Below, one piece after another: positions 25,066 to 34,295 of a stretch of 64,000 bases of DNA. A program made the translations under genes and the position numbers. The stretch comes from an uncultured Bacteroidia bacterium. Its GTDB lineage: Bacteria; Bacteroidota; Bacteroidia; Bacteroidales; F082. Below the pieces are notes generated by a model. It was not told where the DNA came from and made no database searches. It saw only the letters and a list, made by a program, of their open reading frames with translations. Positions within the stretch are counted from its first letter, which is position 1, and each line of letters opens with the position of its first letter. The stretch covers positions 9,055 through 73,054 of the forward strand of contig CACXUM010000017.1 in assembly GCA_902770835.1 (NCBI GenBank), written 5' to 3'.

Positions 25066-26289
25066 ATGTCCGCCCCAAAATTCATAGCAGACCGTATTTT
25101 TTCGCTTTCGAAGGAAAACCTTTCCTCGACGGTGATGCGCTTGGCCGTCACGAGCGTGGCTTTGGCCATTATCGTGATGCTGATTTCGTGGGCCGTCGTG
25201 GTGGGTTTCAAGAACCAGATTCGAGGCAAGGTGATTGGTTTTGTAGCCCCGATTCATGTGCAGTCGTTGGACAAGAACGAATCTGTGGAGGAAACGCCGT
25301 TTGTGTTGGATTCGTTGTTAATCAGCCGATTAAATGCTATTGAGGGCATTGAGCATTATCAGATGGTGGCCAACAAGGCAGGCATGATTAAGACCGACGA
25401 CGAAATTCAGGGCGTGGTGCTGAAAGGCGTGGACGAAAACTACGACTGGACTTATTTTGGGAACTGCCTCTTGAAAGGGAAAACACCTGAATATCAATCG
25501 GGTGAACGCTCCAATGAGGTGTTGGTTTCCAAGGCTATAGCCAACAAAATGCTTTTGGATGTGGGCGACGATGTGCGTGTGTGGTTCATCGACAAGGACA
25601 TGCAGGCACGAGGCAGGAAATTCAACGTTACAGGCATTTTTGAGACGGGCCTCACCGAGTTTGATGAGCGTTTCGTTTTCGCCGATTTGAACCAAATCCG
25701 CAAGTTGAATGGTTGGGAAGACAACGAAGCGGGATTGTTGGAAATTGCGCTGAAAGACGGTTTCGATGCCAACCAAATCAATGAGAAACTGTATTATGCC
25801 CTGCCTTCTGAGTTGGCTTCCTACACCGCCCGCGATAGCAACCCTCAAGTATTCGATTGGCTTGATTTGCTTGACACCAATGTCTGGCTTATCATGGCTT
25901 TGATGTTGCTGGTAGCAGGCATTACGGTCATCAGTATGTTGCTGATTATCATTATTGAGCGCACTTCCACCATTGGCTTGCTGAAAGCGATGGGCGCGAG
26001 CAACAAGTTCGTCCGCGAGGTGTTTCTGCGTCGTTCATTGCGCATTTTGATGATTGGTATGTTGATTGGCAATGTTATTGGTTTGGGTTTCTGCCTCTTG
26101 CAAAAATACACAGGACTCATCAAACTTGATGCAGCGACTTATTATCTTTCATCCGTGCCCATCGAATTGCACTTTACTACCGTGATACTCATCAATTTGG
26201 GAACTTTAATTCTTTGGGTCTTGATGCTGTTGATTCCGACTTCAGTCATCAATCGCATCAGCCCTACCAAGTCGATTCGGTTTGAATGA
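25066..26289 (+). CDS. ABC transporter permease, FtsX/LolC-LolE family
   Basis: 407 aa with an N-terminal TM helix, a large periplasmic loop, and three C-terminal TM helices (FtsX-like domain). Confidence 0.8.
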   Translation: MSAPKFIADRIFSLSKENLSSTVMRLAVTSVALAIIVMLISWAVVVGFKNQIRGKVIGFVAPIHVQSLDKNESVEETPFVLDSLLISRLNAIEGIEHYQMVANKAGMIKTDDEIQGVVLKGVDENYDWTYFGNCLLKGKTPEYQSGERSNEVLVSKAIANKMLLDVGDDVRVWFIDKDMQARGRKFNVTGIFETGLTEFDERFVFADLNQIRKLNGWEDNEAGLLEIALKDGFDANQINEKLYYALPSELASYTARDSNPQVFDWLDLLDTNVWLIMALMLLVAGITVISMLLIIIIERTSTIGLLKAMGASNKFVREVFLRRSLRILMIGMLIGNVIGLGFCLLQKYTGLIKLDAATYYLSSVPIELHFTTVILINLGTLILWVLMLLIPTSVINRISPTKSIRFE

Positions 26290-26330
26290 GGAAAATTTCA
26301 ATAATTCATGCGTGAAATGCCAAAAAGGTT

Positions 26331-26338
26331 TATTTTTG
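26331..26338 (+). promoter_or_regulatory. -7 promoter box TATTTTTG (DUF3791/DUF3990 cassette)
   Basis: TAnnTTTG match 20 nt upstream of the ATG at 26358. Confidence 0.5.
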
Positions 26339-26357
26339 CAAAATCAATATTGAAGTT

Positions 26358-26582
26358 ATGAGCAAGCTAGAGCATGATAAATTGGATTATTTGGTGGCTA
26401 TCATTAGTGATTTTGCCCTCAAGTTTTCTTTGACACCTTCTCAAGCCTATCGTTATTTGTCTAATTATAAGGCGATTGACTTTCTGATTCGTAATTATGA
26501 TATTGAGCATACATTGTCATTTGAGAATGTTGTGGACGATGTTTCGGTGTTTTGTCGCAATCGGGGAGGGGCTTTGGTATGA
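26358..26582 (+). CDS. DUF3791-like small helical protein (copy 1)
   Basis: 74 aa. Family assigned from memory of the conserved DUF3791-DUF3990 gene pairing. Its stop overlaps the next ATG (ATGA). Confidence 0.55.
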   Translation: MSKLEHDKLDYLVAIISDFALKFSLTPSQAYRYLSNYKAIDFLIRNYDIEHTLSFENVVDDVSVFCRNRGGALV

Positions 26583-27058
26583 TACTCTATCACGGATCGA
26601 ATGTCGAGATTGATAGGATAGACTTGTCCAAATCCAATGTAGGCAAGGATTTCGGTGTTGGTTTTTATCTGACTCCCAACCGCGACCATGCGTTGGGACA
26701 GGCTCAGCGCAAGATAGAAATTTTTTCGTTTGGTGTTCCCTCTTTGACCGCCTTTTCTTTTGATGAAAAAGAACTTCAAAATGGCGAACTTGCTGTAAAA
26801 GTGTTTGATGATTACACCTTGGAATGGGCTGAATTTGTGCTGATGAATAGGCAAAGCAGCAGTAGAATTCCGCTGCACGAATACGATATTGTTATTGGCC
26901 CTGTTGCAGATGATACTGTTGGCTATCAGATTCGTAGGTTGTTGGGGCAACTGATTACCATGGAGCAGTTTATGAAGGAATTGAAATACCCGAAAGAGAA
27001 GAGCATCCAATACTTTTTTGGTACAGAAAAATCAATAAAATACCTCAAGAAGATATGA
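26579..27058 (+). CDS. DUF3990-like protein with a PARP-like H-Y-E motif pattern (putative ADP-ribosyltransferase)
   Basis: Contains LYHGS (His5), FGVGFYLT (Tyr30) and HEYDIVIG (Glu101). Compare PARP motifs HGS / FGKGIYFA / NEYIVY. ATGA overlaps occur at both ends. Confidence 0.55.
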   Translation: MILYHGSNVEIDRIDLSKSNVGKDFGVGFYLTPNRDHALGQAQRKIEIFSFGVPSLTAFSFDEKELQNGELAVKVFDDYTLEWAEFVLMNRQSSSRIPLHEYDIVIGPVADDTVGYQIRRLLGQLITMEQFMKELKYPKEKSIQYFFGTEKSIKYLKKI

Positions 27059-27276
27059 CGAAAGAATCATTTATGATTGAAGAGATGACCAAAGAAATGA
27101 TAGTGCTTTTAATGGAAAAGCGAGGTGTTTCCATGGAAGAGGCTGTGAATCTCGTCTATACTTCAGAAACTTTCTCAAAACTGTGCAATCTGTCTACTGG
27201 TTTATATTTCCAAAGTACGCCATACGTGTACGAATACCTTGAAAAAGAACTGATTACAGGAAAATTAACTGAATGA
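27055..27276 (+). CDS. DUF3791-like small helical protein (copy 2)
   Basis: 73 aa. Translationally coupled to the DUF3990-like gene by an ATGA overlap. Confidence 0.5.
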   Translation: MTKESFMIEEMTKEMIVLLMEKRGVSMEEAVNLVYTSETFSKLCNLSTGLYFQSTPYVYEYLEKELITGKLTE

Positions 27277-27280
27277 TTAT

Positions 27281-27733
27281 ATGATGAAAGACTTTACCAT
27301 TCAACCGCTGAAAGGCTACGGCGAAATACCTTTCGGAATGACACTTGACGATACGGTCAAGTTGCTGAACATGCCCGACTTCTATGAGGAGTTGAACGAC
27401 ATGGAAGAGACGGGCAACCGTTCCATCTATTACGAATATGATGATATTCAGACGAATATCTATTTCGAAGGCATCACCAAGTCGGTGGTGGCTTGTTTCG
27501 AGACGGAGAACGAGGCTGCCACATTGTTTGGCAAGAAAGTGTTCGATCTCAAGAAGGTAGATGTCGTCAAGTTGATGAAAGACAATGGCTTCAAGGACAT
27601 GGAGGAAGAGACCGAGGACGGCGAACTTCGCGTTTCATTCGAAGATGCCATGATGGACTTCTTCTTCGATGGCGACGTGATGACCGCAGTAAGTTGGGGC
27701 GTACTCGTTGACGAACAAGGGGAAATAATATGA
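27281..27733 (+). CDS. Hypothetical acidic 150-aa protein (immunity-protein-like)
   Basis: Starts 4 nt after the previous stop. Very acidic (many D/E). No family was recognised. Confidence 0.55.
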   Translation: MMKDFTIQPLKGYGEIPFGMTLDDTVKLLNMPDFYEELNDMEETGNRSIYYEYDDIQTNIYFEGITKSVVACFETENEAATLFGKKVFDLKKVDVVKLMKDNGFKDMEEETEDGELRVSFEDAMMDFFFDGDVMTAVSWGVLVDEQGEII

Positions 27734-27738
27734 TTGCC

Positions 27739-27827
27739 TCACGCAGAATGCGCAGAATACGCTGAACCTGTCGGGCGCAAAATAGGCATCGCATCGCGAT
27801 TCATATAATTCTGCGAATTCTGCGTGA
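27739..27827. repeat. 20-bp inverted repeat hairpin (TCACGCAGAATGCGCAGAAT / ATTCTGCGAATTCTGCGTGA)
   Basis: Arms at 27739-27758 and 27808-27827 are reverse complements with 1-2 mismatches. Each arm has GCAGAAT tandemly duplicated. Confidence 0.8.
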
Positions 27828-27861
27828 ATAGAAAAGCGAATTCAGGGTGAAAGAGTAAAAT

Positions 27862-28512
27862 ATGAGACTTCAGCAGAAATACGACGCTTTCGTGGCCTAT
27901 TTCTCGGAACACATGCCCATTGCCGAGTCGGAGTTGCATTACAAAGACCCGTATCAGTTGCTGGTGGCGGTGATTCTCTCGGCGCAGTGTACGGACAAGC
28001 GAGTGAACATGACTACGCCTGCACTGTTCCAGCGTTTCCCGACGGCGCACGACATGGCCGCATCGACAGTGGATGAGATTTATTCCTACATCAAAAGCAT
28101 TTCCTATCCTAACAACAAGGCTAAGAACTTGTTAGGCATGGCACAGACTTTGGTCAGTGATTTTGGTGGCGTTGTGCCTGACAATCTGGATGATATGCAG
28201 AAATTGCCCGGCGTGGGTCGTAAGACGGCCAATGTGATGATGGCGGTGGCTTTCAAACAACCGGCCATGCCTGTCGATACACATGTGTTTCGTGTTTCCA
28301 ACCGCATTGGTCTGACCCAAAACTCGAAAAACGTCCTCGAAACGGAGAAGGTCTTGGTAGCACATCTGCCTCAAAATGTGCTCTCTAAAGCCCATCATTG
28401 GCTCATCCTTCATGGTCGTTATGTCTGCCTTGCCCGCAAACCGAAGTGCGACGAGTGCGGGATTACTGCAATTTGTGATTTTTACCAAAAGAAACAGAAA
28501 AAAGAACAATAA
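27862..28512 (+). CDS. nth: Endonuclease III
   Basis: HhH-GPD motif LPGVGRKTANV and a C-terminal 4Fe-4S cluster motif C..ARKPKCDECGITAIC. Confidence 0.9.
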   Translation: MRLQQKYDAFVAYFSEHMPIAESELHYKDPYQLLVAVILSAQCTDKRVNMTTPALFQRFPTAHDMAASTVDEIYSYIKSISYPNNKAKNLLGMAQTLVSDFGGVVPDNLDDMQKLPGVGRKTANVMMAVAFKQPAMPVDTHVFRVSNRIGLTQNSKNVLETEKVLVAHLPQNVLSKAHHWLILHGRYVCLARKPKCDECGITAICDFYQKKQKKEQ

Positions 28513-28513
28513 A

Positions 28514-28972
28514 ATGGAAGAGTATTCAGAAAAACCAAAGAAAAGAGGTATCGGAAGAAAAATCCTCACCACTTTAAGCATCATCCTTGTTTTGGCTGTG
28601 GCGGGCTTTGTTTTCTTCAAGTTTTTTTATGTGTTCGGTAGCGGCGTGAAGGCTGGCGAACTTAACTTGTTCGTTTACAAGGGCTACGTCTTCAAAACCT
28701 ACGAGGGTAGACTGATTCAGGCGGGCTACAACTCGCAGAACAGCAACGCGACCATCCAATCGAATGAGTTCAATTTTTCGGTGAAAGACGAGAATGTGGC
28801 CCGACAATTGGAGCGTTGCGCAGGAAAGATAGTTGAACTGCACTACAAGGAGTATCTCGGCACCTTGCCGTGGCGTGGTATGACCAAATATGTGGTCGAC
28901 AGCGTTTATTCGGTTACCTCGGTAAACGAATCTCGCGATATGCCGATTTCAGTGCCTTTGGAAGTGCTTTAG
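28514..28972 (+). CDS. Hypothetical membrane-anchored protein
   Basis: The ATG lies 1 nt after the nth stop. Basic N-terminus, one TM helix, then a ~110-aa soluble domain. Confidence 0.6.
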   Translation: MEEYSEKPKKRGIGRKILTTLSIILVLAVAGFVFFKFFYVFGSGVKAGELNLFVYKGYVFKTYEGRLIQAGYNSQNSNATIQSNEFNFSVKDENVARQLERCAGKIVELHYKEYLGTLPWRGMTKYVVDSVYSVTSVNESRDMPISVPLEVL

Positions 28973-31029
28973 TTGCTTCTCGAAATCTCCAATTTGCTGA
29001 TTTCCACTTCGTTGTTTTCCGAAATGATTTCAATCCAAGTGTTGTCCTCGCTGAACCACTTGTATTGCGAACCGATGCGGAATAGGAAGGTTTTTTCTTC
29101 CTCTGCGGCTGCGATTGGCAACACAAAACCGCCGTTTTTGCCGCCTGAGCCTCCGAAGGAGACAATCATCGGGAAGGTCTTTTCGGGGTGCGGGTTGCGT
29201 ACCTTGATAATGATATAGTTGGAACGGCGCACAGCAACCTCAATCTTGTTGAAATCAAACCGTTGCGCTTGACCGGCGGCCAATAACATGGGTTCGCTGT
29301 TCAACTCATAAAGTTTGTTTTGCTCGATGATTTCGCTGATGCGGGCAATCATTTCGGTAGGGTAGGTCTCCAAACCAAGTTCCTCAGCCTTGGTGTAGGC
29401 TTCTATTGCTTTGTCGAAGGTGTTGGTCTTGAAATGGCCGTCGCCCTCCTTGATGAAGGCGTTGTATTGTGCGCGTAAGGCTGCGATACGGTCGTTTTCA
29501 GCACGCTCGGCGGTCGCTAATTGGGTTGTCGCGGTTGGGTCGTTGGGCTTGAAAATCAAAGCCGATTGGAAGTGGGTGATGGCTTCGGCGAACTTTTCAG
29601 CGGTCATGGCTTGGTCGCCGGCACTCATGGCTTTGCTGTAGTTGGCTTCCAACTCGGCGGCCATTTGAGCGAAGATGCCATCGATTTCCTGAATCTTTGC
29701 CGTTGCGGTGGCATTGCCTTCGTCGAAGGCAACCACTTCTTGGTATTTCAGTTTGGCATTGGCATAATCCTGTTGGGCGAACAATTCGCCAGCGGCATCC
29801 AACATGCTCTTAATGGTAGCCTGTCGCTCGGCCTCCGCTGCGGCCAATTCGGCTTGACGTCTGGCCTCTTCTTCAGCGGCTATGCGGGCTGCTTCTTCTG
29901 CCGCCAAACGAGCGGCTTCTTGTTCTGCGGCAATTCTGGCGGCCTCTTGCTCAGCAGCGATTCTTGCGGCTTCAGCCTCAGCAGCCAACCTTGCAGCTTC
30001 GGCTTCAGCGGCCAAGCGAGCGGCTTCTTGCTCAGCGGCAATGCGAGCTGCCTCAGCCTCGGCTGCCAAACGCGCCGCTTCTTGTTCGGCGGCGATGCGT
30101 GCGGCTTCCTCGGCATCTTGTTGGGCAATGAGTGGGTCTAAGCGGGCAATCATTTCGGTAGCGTAAGCGTCATCCGTGACCACCGCTAATGCACTCTGGT
30201 ACTGGGCTTTAGCCTCCTTGTAAGCCTTGCTTTCATACAGACGGTCGGCCTCGGCAATGATGCCGTTGTAGCGGTCGGCAATACCTTTGGCGGTTTGATA
30301 ATCGTTTTTCAAGGTGTTGGCTTCTATGTCGTTGGGGAAAAGTTCGAGGGCTTGGCTGAGTTTGTCGATGGCGGCCTCATAGTTTTTGCGCAGGCCAAAC
30401 TGACGGGCTGCCTCCATCAAATTATCGAAGCGCGTCATTTTCTCCGTATAAAGTTGCTTTTTCTGTCGGGCTTCGGCGAGTTTTTCTTTGGGAAGTCTGT
30501 CGTTGGGGAAAATGCCGATGGCGGTTTCAAACTGCATGATGGCCGCATCGAAATTCTCCTCTGCCAAAAGGCTTTCTCCTTGGCTCATGGCCGTGTCGAA
30601 AGCGACTTGCTTGTCTTGGCGTTCCTTTAGGATTGCCCGCACTGCATCTGCCTGACCGCCAACATATTTGTCCTCGGGGAAAACCTTCAAAGCCTGCTCA
30701 TATTCCGACAAAGCCTCCTCATATTTCTGCTGGCCGTAGTATTGGTCGCCGGCATCCAAATGGGCGTAGAAAACCTCCTGTCGGGCACCGTCTTCCTGGA
30801 TTTTCTTCACCGTCTCGTCAAGTTTCTTCTTGGCGGTTGCGTCGCCCGACTTCTGCTTCAAAGCCATCTCATAATAAGTCTTCGCGCTGATGTAGTCTTT
30901 GGCTGAAAACTTGTCGTTGCCCTTCTTCATCAGCGACTCGTAGGATTCGGCGTTTTGGGCTTGCATAATGTTGGCGTTCAATATGATAGAAGCACCAAAC
31001 ATCATGGAAAATATGAGTTTTTTGTTCAT
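28969..31029 (-). CDS. TPR-repeat protein with a central Ala/Glu-rich 9-aa tandem repeat
   Basis: Signal peptide, multiple TPR-like units (Y..A...Y..AL...P.D), and a central (AAR[IL]AAE[QA]E)n block. Confidence 0.75.
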   Translation of the reverse strand: MNKKLIFSMMFGASIILNANIMQAQNAESYESLMKKGNDKFSAKDYISAKTYYEMALKQKSGDATAKKKLDETVKKIQEDGARQEVFYAHLDAGDQYYGQQKYEEALSEYEQALKVFPEDKYVGGQADAVRAILKERQDKQVAFDTAMSQGESLLAEENFDAAIMQFETAIGIFPNDRLPKEKLAEARQKKQLYTEKMTRFDNLMEAARQFGLRKNYEAAIDKLSQALELFPNDIEANTLKNDYQTAKGIADRYNGIIAEADRLYESKAYKEAKAQYQSALAVVTDDAYATEMIARLDPLIAQQDAEEAARIAAEQEAARLAAEAEAARIAAEQEAARLAAEAEAARLAAEAEAARIAAEQEAARIAAEQEAARLAAEEAARIAAEEEARRQAELAAAEAERQATIKSMLDAAGELFAQQDYANAKLKYQEVVAFDEGNATATAKIQEIDGIFAQMAAELEANYSKAMSAGDQAMTAEKFAEAITHFQSALIFKPNDPTATTQLATAERAENDRIAALRAQYNAFIKEGDGHFKTNTFDKAIEAYTKAEELGLETYPTEMIARISEIIEQNKLYELNSEPMLLAAGQAQRFDFNKIEVAVRRSNYIIIKVRNPHPEKTFPMIVSFGGSGGKNGGFVLPIAAAEEEKTFLFRIGSQYKWFSEDNTWIEIISENNEVEISKLEISRSN
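29870..30125. repeat. 27-bp coding tandem repeat (~9 units) inside the TPR gene
   Basis: The protein reads AARIAAEQE/AARLAAEAE about nine times, and the DNA units are near-identical. Confidence 0.8.
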
Positions 31030-31113
31030 GATTCTAATTATTATCCTATTTTAACGGACAAACAATAATAATATTGTGTGCTTCCACAAATTTGTATTCT
31101 TGTAATCCAGAAA

Positions 31114-31163
31114 CCAAACTCTCAACCCTAAACCCTAAACTCTAATCTCTAAACTCTAAACTA
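31114..31163. repeat. 7-nt periodic array (CTCAACC/CTAAACC/CTAAACT...) x7, abutting the ABC ATPase stop codon
   Basis: Units counted by hand. The last unit supplies the CT of the stop codon (TAG on the - strand). Confidence 0.8.
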
Positions 31164-31808
31164 AATCCTCCCGTCCTTAATAGTGATGGTGCGGTCCGAC
31201 ATGGCGGCCAAATCGGGGTTATGCGTGACGATGACAAAGGTTTGGTTCATCTCATCGCGCAGGCGGAAAAACAACTTGTGGAGTTCTTGCGCCGACTTCG
31301 AGTCGAGGTTTCCCGAAGGCTCGTCGGCCAAGACCACCGCCGGACTGTTGATCAAAGCCCTTGCCACGGCAATGCGTTGCTGCTCGCCGCCCGAAAGCTC
31401 GGAAGGCTTGTGGTCTTTTCTTGCCGTAAGATTCAGGTAATCAAGGAGTTTTAAAGCCTTTTCAGTGGCTTCTTTTTTGCCCATTCCGCCAATGAAAGCG
31501 GGAATACAGATGTTCTCTATGGCCGTAAATTCGGGCAAGAGGTGATGGAACTGGAACACGAAGCCGATTTTCCGATTGCGGAAAGCGGCCAAATCGGTGT
31601 CGTTCAGTTTGTTGACCTCGGTTCCATCGATGAGAAGTTGGCCACGGTCGGCCTTGTCCAAAGTGCCGATGATGTGCAGCAAAGTCGATTTGCCTGCGCC
31701 CGAAGCCCCAACGATGCTCACGATTTCCTTCTTGTTGATATGCAGGTCGATGCCCTTGAGCACTTCGAGGCTGCCGTAGGATTTATGTATGCCAGTTGCT
31801 TGAATCAT
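31161..31808 (-). CDS. ABC transporter ATP-binding protein (LolD/MacB-type)
   Basis: Walker [10 protein letters not shown], signature LSGGEQQR and Walker B VVLADEP. Confidence 0.85.
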   Translation of the reverse strand: MIQATGIHKSYGSLEVLKGIDLHINKKEIVSIVGASGAGKSTLLHIIGTLDKADRGQLLIDGTEVNKLNDTDLAAFRNRKIGFVFQFHHLLPEFTAIENICIPAFIGGMGKKEATEKALKLLDYLNLTARKDHKPSELSGGEQQRIAVARALINSPAVVLADEPSGNLDSKSAQELHKLFFRLRDEMNQTFVIVTHNPDLAAMSDRTITIKDGRI

Positions 31809-31814
31809 AACCGT

Positions 31815-34109
31815 TTATTCCCTCACAAACTTCAAAACACAAACGCCCGCCTCTGACTTCACCTGAACAAAATACACGCCGCCATTCAAGCCTTCAAGGT
31901 TGATTGCAGTCATGCCTTTGGCGTTGCTTTGTTGGTAGACTTGCTGTCCCAAATTGTTGAAAATCAAGATTTCGCAGGATTCATTGGGCAGATTGAGGCT
32001 AAACTGGCCTTGGTTTGGATTGGGATAGATGGCCACATTGTGCATTGTGTTTTCGGGTGTGTCTAAACACTCGATGGACACGGTTTGCGGCCAAGCGTCG
32101 CAACCAGTGACGATGAGTTTCAGGTCGGCGATGTAATCCAACGGGTCATCAATCTCGACAATGGCTAAGCCGTCTTCGCTGGTGTAGCCCAAACCTATCA
32201 TCTTTTCGTCACGGAAAAGGGTGCAGCGGAAGTTCTTCAGGCCATCGCCGTTTTCGTTGGTTACCTTGACCTCCATTGAGGTCATGCCTTCGAGGATTTC
32301 AGTGGGGTAGTCCACATTGGGTGTGAATGGCTCGTCGTGCCAAGGGCTTACGGCCACGTCGCCCATCATGTTGAGGTCGTAGAAGTTCCAGCGCAGGGCA
32401 CCTTCTTCCCACTGGCCGGGAGCATTGACCCACGGCGCGGTCATGATTTTGCCTTCTCTCAACGCCATGCCGCCGTAGGGGATGCGGTCGTTGTAGTAGG
32501 CATCTTCCGTTTCGCGGGCAAGGTGGATGGCGGGACCTTCCGTCTGGCCTTCGTTGAACCAGCCATAGCGCGAGTTGCCGAAGGTGGCCACGGCGAAGTT
32601 GCTGATTTTGGTCATGCGTTCAAGGATGCAGTCGCTGCTGAAGTCGCCGCAAATGCAGCCCGAAGTGTGGAAGAAGGTATAATTGTGAACCACGCCGTTC
32701 ACGCCGCTGAATTTGTTGTCGGTGATGTCGCTGTTGGTCCAGCCGGCCACATAGTTGGTGTTGGCGTGGCCGTCGTGGTGGACATATTGCGTGCCTTGGT
32801 TGATGGCGTTGCGCAGTTTGGTGCCGCTCCAGTTGCCTTCTTCTTCGTAAAGGCGGTTAAACTCGTAATACTCAGGGATTCCCGTGGTGGTGTAGCCGTT
32901 GTCGTCGCGGGTGCCGATGAGCAGTTCAAGGTATTGGCTGCCGTTGCTTTCGGGATCGTCGAAGAGGTGTTCGCCAGCCATGATGACCTTGCGGAATTCG
33001 CCCAAAACAGGGTCGGTCTGATAGGTCATGGCTTTGTGGAGCATGTTGTTGAGTTCGTTTTGGTTGCTGAAACACATACGTCCTATGCCGATTTCAGGGA
33101 GCAGGTCGTCTTCGCCGATTTCGCCCCAGCGGTTGTCGTTGTCGTCGTTCCAAGTGCCGTCTAAGGCGGCATAATACAGGTCGGCGGGGATGTCGTAGTC
33201 CTCATAGCCGCTTCCGCTGTCTGCGAAGCAATAAAGGCCGCGATAAGGGATGGCTGGCACGTCGCCGGCGAGGTTCACCATCATTATGCCGGCGTTTTCG
33301 TACTCTTGGATGATGAAGTTGCGCAGTTTTTCAGGATTGTCACGACCTTCCATTGTGCTGATAATGTCCTCAAAAGCAACGATTTTCGTGCGAAGGCCAC
33401 GCTCCTCATAGAATTTTTCATACTCGCCAAATGCGCTGACATACTGCTGGTTGGTGACCACGAGCAAGTCGTAGCCGCCCACGGTACGACCCTTGCTGTC
33501 GTAATTCTGCAACATCTCAGGGTTTTGGGCGAGGCTCATGGCGCGTTGGGCATTGCCATTGTTGAGCCACACTTGGCGTGTTTGGTCGGTCTTTGATGCT
33601 TCCGTCGTGATTCTGACGGTGGCTTTCGTCGCATACATCACTTGACCCGTTGCGGGAATGTACTGCACGGGCGTAAATGCGCTGAAAGCAAAGCCGATGC
33701 CATTCATAAAGTGTGTGCTGAGTTTGCCGTAGGCTTGGGCGGGGTAGACGCTTTTCGAGGCATAAAGGGCTTCGTCCTTCACAAACTGATGGCGCACGGG
33801 ATTGGAGTAGGTGAGGGCCGACTGGTAAGGATAGAGGTTGTGGCTACCTTCCATCGTCTGGAAATCAGAAAGTTCCACTTCGATGGCGACGGCTTCCGTG
33901 CCTTGTGGCAGCATTAGGCTGACACTTTGCCAAGGCAATGAAGGTTGACCTGCAAGGGCGCTTTGCATACAATTCTTGAACTGGATTTGGTCATAACCTT
34001 GGATTTGGCTGACATTCGGTTGACTGAAATGATAGGTCTTTTCGATGGTCTGTGCAGAAGCAAACAGGCTGACCATCAGGATTGAACCGATAATAAAAGC
34101 TTTTTTCAT
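31815..34109 (-). CDS. Gingipain-like cysteine peptidase (family C25) with a T9SS C-terminal sorting domain
   Basis: HDGHANTNY (His) and HTSGCICGDF (Cys) motifs. The last ~75 aa (IYPNPNQGQFSL...GVYFVQV...) match a Por secretion tail. Confidence 0.75.
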   Translation of the reverse strand: MKKAFIIGSILMVSLFASAQTIEKTYHFSQPNVSQIQGYDQIQFKNCMQSALAGQPSLPWQSVSLMLPQGTEAVAIEVELSDFQTMEGSHNLYPYQSALTYSNPVRHQFVKDEALYASKSVYPAQAYGKLSTHFMNGIGFAFSAFTPVQYIPATGQVMYATKATVRITTEASKTDQTRQVWLNNGNAQRAMSLAQNPEMLQNYDSKGRTVGGYDLLVVTNQQYVSAFGEYEKFYEERGLRTKIVAFEDIISTMEGRDNPEKLRNFIIQEYENAGIMMVNLAGDVPAIPYRGLYCFADSGSGYEDYDIPADLYYAALDGTWNDDNDNRWGEIGEDDLLPEIGIGRMCFSNQNELNNMLHKAMTYQTDPVLGEFRKVIMAGEHLFDDPESNGSQYLELLIGTRDDNGYTTTGIPEYYEFNRLYEEEGNWSGTKLRNAINQGTQYVHHDGHANTNYVAGWTNSDITDNKFSGVNGVVHNYTFFHTSGCICGDFSSDCILERMTKISNFAVATFGNSRYGWFNEGQTEGPAIHLARETEDAYYNDRIPYGGMALREGKIMTAPWVNAPGQWEEGALRWNFYDLNMMGDVAVSPWHDEPFTPNVDYPTEILEGMTSMEVKVTNENGDGLKNFRCTLFRDEKMIGLGYTSEDGLAIVEIDDPLDYIADLKLIVTGCDAWPQTVSIECLDTPENTMHNVAIYPNPNQGQFSLNLPNESCEILIFNNLGQQVYQQSNAKGMTAINLEGLNGGVYFVQVKSEAGVCVLKFVRE

Positions 34110-34144
34110 AGAAATTGAAATATTAGATGTTTACTATTAGGGTG

Positions 34145-34152
34145 CAAAAATA
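34145..34152 (-). promoter_or_regulatory. -7 promoter box TATTTTTG (C25 peptidase operon)
   Basis: CAAAAATA on the + strand, 36 nt upstream of the start at 34109. Confidence 0.5.
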
Positions 34153-34195
34153 CACATAATCATAACATTTTTACTTGATTTGTTGAAAAATGATG

Positions 34196-34203
34196 TAGTT
34201 TTG
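34196..34203 (+). promoter_or_regulatory. -7 promoter box TAGTTTTG (S41 peptidase)
   Basis: TAnnTTTG match about 93 nt upstream of the ATG at 34296. Confidence 0.4.
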
Positions 34204-34295
34204 CCACCGAAAATAGCTTTCAAGAATATTTTTTGCATTGGCTGTAACTTTTTTCTTCCATCTCCGTATTACGGGTATTACAAATCTATCAAATT

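Noticed and set aside
31128-31141. (CCCTAAA)x2, identical to plant-type telomere repeats
   Set aside because: Only two units occur, embedded in the degenerate 7-nt array family seen at several internal gene boundaries. The genes on both sides are ordinary, so this is not a replicon end.
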